The position numbers and the translations under genes are program-made. A DNA stretch of 64,000 nucleotides from Nitrospirota bacterium (lineage in GTDB: Bacteria; Nitrospirota; Nitrospiria; JACQBW01): positions 5,776-69,775 of the forward strand of contig JACOTA010000030.1 of assembly GCA_016178585.1 (NCBI GenBank), written 5' to 3'. The notes below the pieces were generated by a model. It worked only from the letters and a program-made list of their open reading frames with translations, made no database searches and was not told the DNA's origin. Positions 20,230 through 27,181 of the stretch are shown piece after piece (positions within the stretch are counted from its first letter, which is position 1; each line of letters begins with the position of its first letter).

Positions 20230-20254
20230 CCCACTTTACCCCACTTTTACCCAC
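20230..20254 (-). promoter_or_regulatory. Putative MraZ operator: three direct GTGGG boxes at exact 10-bp phasing
   Basis: Minus strand reads GTGGGTAAAAGTGGGGTAAAGTGGG and then ATG of mraZ (CCCAC on plus at 20230, 20240, 20250). Same architecture as the E. coli MraZ TGGGN x3 operator. Confidence 0.6.
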
Positions 20255-20261
20255 AAAGCGG

Positions 20262-20289
20262 AGTATACACCCAGAATAGGTAAAGTCAA
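20262..20289 (-). promoter_or_regulatory. Sigma70-type promoter of the dcw cluster (Pmra-like)
   Basis: Minus strand: TTGACT (20289-20284), 16-nt spacer, TATACT (20267-20262), just upstream of the GTGGG boxes. Confidence 0.6.
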
Positions 20290-20398
20290 GAATAAAATGA
20301 CAAAAAAATGATGACAAGAAATAGAATTCAGAAAGTCACAATTTTAAGGAGGAAAACAGCCGGGGTTAGAAAAGAAAAAGGTCGGGAAAACGCAGAAA

Positions 20399-22846
20399 TT
20401 ACACGCAGGCGCTATGTCCGCAAATCATACACTTGCCACCGAGGCACCCTTCTTCAAAAATCAGGAAGCCTTCACAACCGCCAACCGGACAGGAAAGTTT
20501 TTGCTGACCTTCTTTCCCCCCGATTAACCGGTAAATCTGGTCGATTCCGCGCCTCAGGGCCCCCAATTCGGTTGAAACATGCCCGTGCCGGGCATTTGCA
20601 CGGTCAAACCACTTCATCAATCGGTCAAAGGAGACCCCTTCCCTTAAACAAAGGGAGGTTAACATAAAACAAAGGTCAAAAATTTCCCGATGTTTTGTTT
20701 GAGGAGCCGGAAGGAAGAAAAGCTCTACCGGCTTTCCGTCCTTTAAATAGAGATGGATATAAACCGTCCCGGACTCTGTTTTGACCGTTGTCTTATAGCC
20801 TTCGAGAATCGAAGGTGAGCTTGAACCTGTTAAGAGGGCTTCCAGACCTTCCCGGTAGGCGGTCCACAAAGGGGCCGGGTGAGAACATTGAGAATTGGCC
20901 ATTTCCAGGTCTTTAATCATTTCTTTTACCGAAAAACCCCTTCGAAGCATATGGGAGGTCAACCGGCTGGTATAAACAAGGATCGCTTCAGTTGCCGGGG
21001 AACAGAACACCTCAACCGGCTTTCCATTCAACAAGGAGGCATGAACATAAAAGGGGTCCTCCCCTTCGACCTCCACCCGGATTCTCCGCGACGGCAATAC
21101 ATCGGGCAACTCTCCTTTGGCCCGGCCTATGTTCATGACCTGCTCCTCCCGGCTCCCGTCCCGATAAACGGTAATCCCCTTACAATTTAAATCATAGGCC
21201 AGTAAAAAGGCATTTTTAACATCTTCCACGGTCGAGCGGCCCGGAAGGTTTATCGTTTTAGAAACAGCGCTGTCGGTATTTTCCTGAAAAGCCGCTTGCA
21301 TCCGGACATGCCATTCCGGCCCGACATCATGGGAGGTGACAAAAACGTCCTGCCATTTTTCCGGAATTTCACGAACCCCTTTGGCAGATCCATAATTGGC
21401 AACAATCTTGTCAATCAAACGGTCGCTCCAGAATCCCTCATTTTTAGCCACTTCGATAAAATAATCCTGCACGTAAGGAAGATGTTCCCCTTCCATCACA
21501 TTTTTAAACCAGACCAGGCTGAATTCGGGCTCACATCCTCCCGAGGTATCGGCAATCATGCTAATCGTCCCGGTGGGAGCGACGGTCGTCACATAGGCAT
21601 TGCGAACCACAAGGCCAGAACCTTCGTGGCGGGACCCTTTCCAGTTGGGATAAACACCCCGGTTTGAAGCCAGGCAGCAGGACGCGTCATATCCGATTTT
21701 TTGAATAAACTTCATCACTTCTCTTCCTGTTTCGATTCCTTTTTCGGTATTGTAACCAATCCCGATCTTGTAAAGCACACGGGCAAACCCCATCACCCCG
21801 ACGCCGATTTTCCGGTTTGCTTTGGTTAGAGTTTCAATGGCGGGAATAGGATATTTGTTCATATCGATGACATTATCCAGGAAATGAACCGCCGTTCGAA
21901 TCGAACGTTCGAGATGGCTCCAGTCGATTTCAAAACGGCCCTCTATCTTTTTTAAATGCCCCTCCAGATTCAAGCTGCCGAGGTTACACGATTCGTTCGG
22001 CAGAAGCGGCTGTTCTCCGCAGGGATTCGTTGCTTCAATTTTACCGATGTGAGGGGTAGGATTAGTCCTGTTGGCAATATCAATGAAAAAAATACCCGGT
22101 TCTCCCGTTCGATAAGCATGACGGGCGATTTCGTCGAGCACCTTTCCGGCGTCTAACTGCCCGACTTTTTTTCCCGAACGGGGATTGATTAAACCGTACG
22201 ACTTCTTTTTACGTATGGCTTCCATAAACCGGTCGGTGATCGCAACGCTGATATTAAAATTGGTGATTTCTTTAAGGTCATCCTTGCACCGGATAAAATC
22301 GAGAATATCGGGATGGTCCACCTGAAGGATCCCCATATTGGCCCCGCGCCGCGTCCCTCCCTGCTTGATCTCTTCCGTCGAAGCGTTAAACACCTTCATA
22401 AAAGAAATCGGGCCGGAGGCTACCCCTCCCGTCGACTTGACAAAATCATTTTTCGGACGAAGTTTGGAAAAAGAAAAACCGGTTCCCCCACCGCTTTTAT
22501 GGATTAAGGCCGCCTGCTTGAGCGTTTCAAAAATACCTTCAAGGGAATCTTCAACCGGAAGGACAAAACAGGCGGAAAGCTGTTGAAGGTCCCGGCCGGC
22601 ATTCATCAGGGTGGGAGAATTAGGCAAAAACTCCAGGTTGGCCATGATCCGGTAAAAGGCTTCTTCGGCGTTTTCGGCATTTCCAGAAGGATAGTTCAAC
22701 TCTGCCTGGGCGATATTTTTGGCAACTCGGCGAAAAAGTTGATCGGGTGTTTCAATGACCTTCCCCGCTCCGTCGCGGGCCAGATACCGTTTTTCTAAAA
22801 CCCGCATGGCATTTGGCGAAATAGGCTGTGGATCATAAACAGACAT
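20399..22846 (-). CDS. nrdJ: Class II (adenosylcobalamin-dependent) ribonucleotide reductase
   Basis: 815 aa; N-terminus MSVYDPQPISPNAMRVLEKRYL, catalytic NPCGEQPL, C-terminal Cys-rich ribbon CPVGGC...CMICGHSAC. Confidence 0.92.
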   Translation of the reverse strand: MSVYDPQPISPNAMRVLEKRYLARDGAGKVIETPDQLFRRVAKNIAQAELNYPSGNAENAEEAFYRIMANLEFLPNSPTLMNAGRDLQQLSACFVLPVEDSLEGIFETLKQAALIHKSGGGTGFSFSKLRPKNDFVKSTGGVASGPISFMKVFNASTEEIKQGGTRRGANMGILQVDHPDILDFIRCKDDLKEITNFNISVAITDRFMEAIRKKKSYGLINPRSGKKVGQLDAGKVLDEIARHAYRTGEPGIFFIDIANRTNPTPHIGKIEATNPCGEQPLLPNESCNLGSLNLEGHLKKIEGRFEIDWSHLERSIRTAVHFLDNVIDMNKYPIPAIETLTKANRKIGVGVMGFARVLYKIGIGYNTEKGIETGREVMKFIQKIGYDASCCLASNRGVYPNWKGSRHEGSGLVVRNAYVTTVAPTGTISMIADTSGGCEPEFSLVWFKNVMEGEHLPYVQDYFIEVAKNEGFWSDRLIDKIVANYGSAKGVREIPEKWQDVFVTSHDVGPEWHVRMQAAFQENTDSAVSKTINLPGRSTVEDVKNAFLLAYDLNCKGITVYRDGSREEQVMNIGRAKGELPDVLPSRRIRVEVEGEDPFYVHASLLNGKPVEVFCSPATEAILVYTSRLTSHMLRRGFSVKEMIKDLEMANSQCSHPAPLWTAYREGLEALLTGSSSPSILEGYKTTVKTESGTVYIHLYLKDGKPVELFFLPAPQTKHREIFDLCFMLTSLCLREGVSFDRLMKWFDRANARHGHVSTELGALRRGIDQIYRLIGGKEGQQKLSCPVGGCEGFLIFEEGCLGGKCMICGHSACV

Positions 22847-22974
22847 CCTTAAATCTCCCTGGTATAAGTATAGTCCAATTACCGGTCTTTTTCCTCAGTA
22901 AAAGGAAGCGATCATCATCACTTATTTCAATGGCTCTTTCAAGAAACTCCAGGATTCTCTCGGAGAGATTATTT

Positions 22975-24189
22975 TCAGGAAAGGAGTATCTCCAGCGGAA
23001 TGGCCCATAGCTTATTTCCAAGGTCTACCGCTGTCGTGCCATTATACGCAAGTATTCCTCCAATGCACTGGGGCGTTGAGGCCATAAAAGATTTTAGACC
23101 GGCCAGGTCGTTTTTCTCCCAACGTCCCGATCCTTTAACTTCAATGGCAAGACATCTATTCCCTTCTTCAACAATAAAGTCCACCTCATGCCGCCCCTGG
23201 ATATTCCAGAAAAAAAGATTTGCCCGCGGCCAGGTGGAATCTAGAATTCCCGCAATATTTTGCGCGACGTACGTTTCGATCAGGGACCCTTTAAGAGGAT
23301 CTTCCGACAGGTCTTGAATTCCCGCGAGGAAACAGGCCAATCCTGAATCTCCCAGATAAAATTTAGGAGACTTGATCAGCCTGCTGGCCCGGTTTTTAAG
23401 ATAGGGGGGAAGGCGGTAAAAAACACACGACACTTCCATAATGGAAAGATAGTTGCTGACCGTTGCCGTGGTCAGGCGAGCGTCTCTTCCCAATTCGCTC
23501 AGGCTCAAGATACCGCTGGTTCTCAGGGCGGCCAGATGAAGGAGCTCTCTGAATGAAAGAATATTCCCGATTCGGCTTAAATCGCGGATGTCACGTTCCA
23601 GATAGGTCTGTTCATATCCTTTGAACCAGTTGAATTTATCCTGGAGCTTTCCAATAGAAACAGACGGCATGCCGCCTTTGACGATATCGGAAAGAGAAAC
23701 AGGAGTGACTTCGTTTAATCCTGCGAGACTCCGGTTTTGAAAAAAACGTTTTAGAAACGGGGTTGAGGAAGTTCTGGAATGAATTTCACGCCGTGTAAAG
23801 GGGTGAATATTAAAGTAAATCGCCCTGCCGGCGAGACTCTCGGAAATATTTTTCATTAAAAGAAAATTCGCGGAACCGGAAAGGATAAACTGGCCAGGTT
23901 TTCTTTTTCGATCCACCGCCCGTTTAATGGCGACGAACAGTTCAGGACAACGCTGGGCTTCATCAATCGTAAGCGGCTCGCCGGTATTAATAAATAGGTC
24001 AGGGTCTTCTTTCGCGGCGGCCAGTTGCGCGAAGTCATCTAACGTGACATATTTTCTCCCCCGAAACTCTGTTTGTTGCTGAAGAAACGTGCTCTTTCCC
24101 GTTTGCCTCATTCCTGTAATTACCACGACAGGCATATCATGAAGCGCCCGGCTAATCGATTGAAGGATATCTCTTGGGAAATATGTCAT
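22975..24189 (-). CDS. AAA-family ATPase with C-terminal DUF4143-like domain
   Basis: 404 aa; Walker A GMRQTGKST, Walker B-like LTIDEAQ; the C-terminal half resembles the restriction-endonuclease-like DUF4143 module of stand-alone ATPases. Confidence 0.8.
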   Translation of the reverse strand: MTYFPRDILQSISRALHDMPVVVITGMRQTGKSTFLQQQTEFRGRKYVTLDDFAQLAAAKEDPDLFINTGEPLTIDEAQRCPELFVAIKRAVDRKRKPGQFILSGSANFLLMKNISESLAGRAIYFNIHPFTRREIHSRTSSTPFLKRFFQNRSLAGLNEVTPVSLSDIVKGGMPSVSIGKLQDKFNWFKGYEQTYLERDIRDLSRIGNILSFRELLHLAALRTSGILSLSELGRDARLTTATVSNYLSIMEVSCVFYRLPPYLKNRASRLIKSPKFYLGDSGLACFLAGIQDLSEDPLKGSLIETYVAQNIAGILDSTWPRANLFFWNIQGRHEVDFIVEEGNRCLAIEVKGSGRWEKNDLAGLKSFMASTPQCIGGILAYNGTTAVDLGNKLWAIPLEILLS

Positions 24190-24297
24190 AATTGAATACA
24201 GTATAGTGTCATTATGACATAAAGTAAAGTAAAATAATGAAATTCAGACAGTCTCTACTTCTCCCAGGAGTCAAGTAAGATTTATCCTTGATATTTA

Positions 24298-24466
24298 TTA
24301 TTGAGGTTTTACGGCTATTCCATTTACTTGAACTCCTTGAGATTGGCCGGATGATACCGCTTTTTGAACGGCATTGGAGGAGATATCGACACCCTCTACC
24401 TCGTACTCTTGTTTCGCCAAATAAACAGCGTTTCTTCCCTCTCCCATGCCTAGATCCAGGGCCCGA
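24298..24466 (-). pseudogene. Remnant of a class I SAM-dependent methyltransferase (motif I region only)
   Basis: The translation keeps only ALDLGMGEGRNAVYLAKQEYEVEGVDISSNAVQKA (TehB-like motif I plus acidic loop). The N-terminus is replaced by family-A repeat sequence and the ORF stops about 50 aa after motif I. Confidence 0.6.
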
Positions 24467-24604
24467 CCCAAGAACAGAGTTAGAAAGCTGTCATTGCGAA
24501 CAAAGTGAAGCAATCTCAAGACTTTACGATAAGATTGCCACGCACCCTTCGGTGCTCGCAATGACATGATTAATAAGTGGGTGCGAAGTCTATCGCTGGT
24601 CTTG
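24467..24604 (+). repeat. Family-A miniature repeat (subtype 2)
   Basis: The right 98 nt are identical to the copy at 62268-62405; the left end differs from that copy at 7 positions, and those same variants occur in the fragment at 1-40. Confidence 0.85.
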
Positions 24605-24651
24605 CGCTCCAAAATACTCTTTAATGTCTTTGACGACCAACCTCATCGGAT

Positions 24652-25173
24652 TTAATCTTCCCCTTTTTGGCCGACAAAATGATCCGCCTTATTTTTAAAC
24701 AGGATATTGAATGTCGTCAGGGAACCGTAAATTCGGGTAATATACTGCTGAAGTTGAACTTTTTCACTATCTAATAGATTTTTATGCGCGTTGATTTGCT
24801 GTTCCATCACCCTGAGCCGGTCCCGAATCATCACAAACTTGTGGAAAAAAGCCTCCAGAGGAATTTTCTTCGGCTCCAAATCCGGATTTGAAGATTTGAT
24901 AATCAATTCTCCCCCCTGCCACCGGTCCATCAGTTCCACCTGGGGCAATTCCTCCCGACGAATTTCATCCATCGCCAGTTTCACCATTTCATAGGCCGCC
25001 GATTCGCTTTCGGTGAGGATTTGAAGCTGTTCCCTGGCAATCGAGGTGTGTTTGTCATTCCGGGGAAAATAAATCATGCATCGCTGGTTGTCGCCGTAAC
25101 CTGACGTCTCTTCCACCCGGCCAGCGCCAAACCGTTCGTGCCTCACCAAATCCCCTTTAATTAGATCTCCCAT
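24652..25173 (-). CDS. Hypothetical protein (173 aa); N-terminal GDLVRHERFGAGRV motif
   Basis: Uninterrupted ORF flanked by repeats. The N-terminus resembles the short G-x-V-x-H-x-x-FG-x-G-x-V module found at UvrD/PcrA C-termini and in DUF3553; the rest is helical and unrecognised. Confidence 0.55.
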   Translation of the reverse strand: MGDLIKGDLVRHERFGAGRVEETSGYGDNQRCMIYFPRNDKHTSIAREQLQILTESESAAYEMVKLAMDEIRREELPQVELMDRWQGGELIIKSSNPDLEPKKIPLEAFFHKFVMIRDRLRVMEQQINAHKNLLDSEKVQLQQYITRIYGSLTTFNILFKNKADHFVGQKGED

Positions 25174-25199
25174 TTGATTCTCCTTTTTCGTTTACAGTC

Positions 25200-25324
25200 C
25201 CTGATCCGTTGATAAGAGCCCATCTGCTGCGTTCTCGTCGCTCGGCAATCCTCATGGACTGTTGTGTGCATTCCGGTTGTCTCGTTCCTGCGGCCTTGCA
25301 CCTGGAACTCTTCTCAACGGCCAG
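25200..25324 (+). repeat. Family-B 125-bp miniature repeat
   Basis: Conserved ends shared with 10125-10249, divergent about 40-nt centre, same length and orientation. Confidence 0.85.
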
Positions 25325-25370
25325 GCATAATGCACTCCAAAATAGCCTATTCCAGGGACTTTTCGCAACA

Positions 25371-25399
25371 TTGAAATAAGAACCTTGCCATGATACTAT
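25371..25399 (+). promoter_or_regulatory. Predicted promoter of rnj (extended -10)
   Basis: TTGAAA (25371-25376), 17-nt spacer ending in TGA, TACTAT (25394-25399). Only 9 nt separate the -10 from the ATG at 25409 and there is no SD, which suggests a leaderless or near-leaderless mRNA. Confidence 0.4.
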
Positions 25400-25408
25400 C
25401 AAACCCCT

Positions 25409-27109
25409 ATGGAACAGCCGATTTTAAACTCCGCGCCTCCCGCTGAACTCAACGGTAAAAAAGCCCTCTCCATTATTCCCCTGGGGGGCCTCGGGGAAAT
25501 TGGAATGAATATGATGGTCTATGAATATGATGAGGATCTCATTGTCGTGGATGCCGGCATTATGTTCCCCGATCAGGAGATGCTGGGCATAGACGTCGTT
25601 ATTCCTGATTTTTCGTATTTAAAGGCCAATGCCGCTAAAATCCGGGGGATTGTGATTACTCACGGGCATGAAGACCATATCGGCGCCCTTCCCTATCTGT
25701 TGTCCGTTTTAAGCGCCCCGGTCTATGCCACCCCGTTAACCATCGGGCTCATCTCCGCAAAACTCAAGGAAAAAAATTTAACCGGTGTCGAATTAAATCC
25801 TGTCAAACCGCGGGGAATCGTTACCCTGGGGGTTTTTAAAATTGAGTTTATCCGGGTCACCCATAGTATCGTTGACGGCGTGGCCCTGGGGATAGCCACA
25901 CCCGTTGGGAGAGTTATTCATACCGGTGACTTTAAAATCGACCAGAGCCCGGTGGATGGCGAACGAACGGATATTCAGAAGCTGGGGGAATATGGCGATT
26001 TAGGGACGTTAGCGCTTTTGTCCGATTCCACCAATGCAGAACGTCCAGGATATACCCTGTCGGAAAAGGTCGTCGGAAAAGCTTTTGAAGAGATATTTTG
26101 CCTGACAAAATCCAGAATTATTATTGCCACATTCTCTTCTAACATTCACCGGATCCAGCAGGCGGTTAACGCTGCCGTCATTTCCGGACGAAAAGTCTTT
26201 ATTTCGGGAAAAAGCATGGTGAAGAATACGCAGATCGCGTCGGAATTGGGTTACCTGAAAATACCGGCTGACACCTGGATGAAGTTAGACAACCTTCACA
26301 ATTTTCCTGACGATCAAATTGTCCTCCTCACCACCGGAAGTCAGGGGGAGCCCCTTTCCTCCCTTTTTAGAATGGCGATTGATGAACATAAGCAATTTCA
26401 TATCAAAGAAGGGGACACCGTTCTCCTTTCTTCCCGGGTCATTCCGGGAAACGAAAGAGCCATCGGCCGAATCATTAACCATCTTTTCCGCCGGGGCGCC
26501 CAGGTCGTTTACGAACGCGTTTCTGACATTCATGTTTCAGGTCATGCCAGTCAAGAGGAACTGAAAATGATGATTAACCTGGTCAGGCCCAAGTTTTTTA
26601 TGCCGATTCACGGAGAATACCGCCAACTTCTTCATCACGCCAGGATTGCTGAAAGCCTCGAAATTAAAAAGGAAAATATTGTCCTGATGGAAGACGGCGA
26701 TGTCGTTCAACTGCGGGAAGATCAATGGGAAAAAACGGCCAAGGTTCCGACAGGAAGGGTTTTTGTCGACGGAAAAGGTGTGGGAGACGTCGCTGACTTT
26801 GTTCTTCGGGACCGGAAACATATTGGCCAGGACGGAATTATTGTTTTAATGATTAGCCTTAATAAAGGAACAGGCGATCTGGTCTCGGGACCTGAAATTA
26901 TCTCAAAAGGTTTTGTATCGGAAGAAGAAGCCTATGGTCTTTTTGCCGAATTAAAATTAATGGTTTCCAAAATGCTGGAAGAACTGAACCCGGAAGTCAA
27001 ATCGGAATGGATCGCTGTCGAGGGAATGGTAAAAAAAATGGCAGGAAAGTATATTTTCAAGCAGATGGAAAGAAGACCCATGATAATCCCCATTATCCTG
27101 GAAATGTAA
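25409..27109 (+). CDS. rnj: Ribonuclease J (metallo-beta-lactamase / beta-CASP)
   Basis: 566 aa; LGGLGEIGMN, HGHEDHIGALPYL, beta-CASP and C-terminal domain. Confidence 0.93.
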   Translation: MEQPILNSAPPAELNGKKALSIIPLGGLGEIGMNMMVYEYDEDLIVVDAGIMFPDQEMLGIDVVIPDFSYLKANAAKIRGIVITHGHEDHIGALPYLLSVLSAPVYATPLTIGLISAKLKEKNLTGVELNPVKPRGIVTLGVFKIEFIRVTHSIVDGVALGIATPVGRVIHTGDFKIDQSPVDGERTDIQKLGEYGDLGTLALLSDSTNAERPGYTLSEKVVGKAFEEIFCLTKSRIIIATFSSNIHRIQQAVNAAVISGRKVFISGKSMVKNTQIASELGYLKIPADTWMKLDNLHNFPDDQIVLLTTGSQGEPLSSLFRMAIDEHKQFHIKEGDTVLLSSRVIPGNERAIGRIINHLFRRGAQVVYERVSDIHVSGHASQEELKMMINLVRPKFFMPIHGEYRQLLHHARIAESLEIKKENIVLMEDGDVVQLREDQWEKTAKVPTGRVFVDGKGVGDVADFVLRDRKHIGQDGIIVLMISLNKGTGDLVSGPEIISKGFVSEEEAYGLFAELKLMVSKMLEELNPEVKSEWIAVEGMVKKMAGKYIFKQMERRPMIIPIILEM

Positions 27110-27118
27110 AATCTATAA

Positions 27119-27160
27119 CCCTGAGCCGTTGATAAGGGACGCCTCCTTCTCAACGTTCAT
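27119..27160 (+). repeat. Family-B mini copy (termini only), hairpin directly after the rnj stop
   Basis: CCCTGAGCCGTTGATAAGG-7 nt-CCTTCTCAACG forms an 11-bp stem with one mismatch; the left flank CCCTGA.CCGTTGATAAG is shared with both full copies. Confidence 0.6.
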
Positions 27161-27181
27161 GACTTAAAGATTGGCCCTGAA

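Noticed and set aside
20399-22846. An intein within the 815-aa NrdJ
   Set aside because: The catalytic core reads continuously with no Cys/Ser-...-HN-Cys splice-junction blocks or homing-endonuclease motifs. The extra length is explained by the C-terminal duplicated tail.
22847-22974. Possible NrdR box (ACTATACTTATACC) or a B12 riboswitch upstream of nrdJ
   Set aside because: Only one weak half-match to the ACACTATATATAGTGT-type palindrome is present, with no second box at the usual spacing. The 128-nt leader is too short and lacks the conserved B12-box for a cobalamin riboswitch.
22833-23021. 62-aa ORF in the nrdJ / AAA-ATPase spacer
   Set aside because: It overlaps both flanking genes in other frames, has no SD and shows no recognisable motif. 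It is probably spurious, although a small regulatory peptide cannot be excluded.
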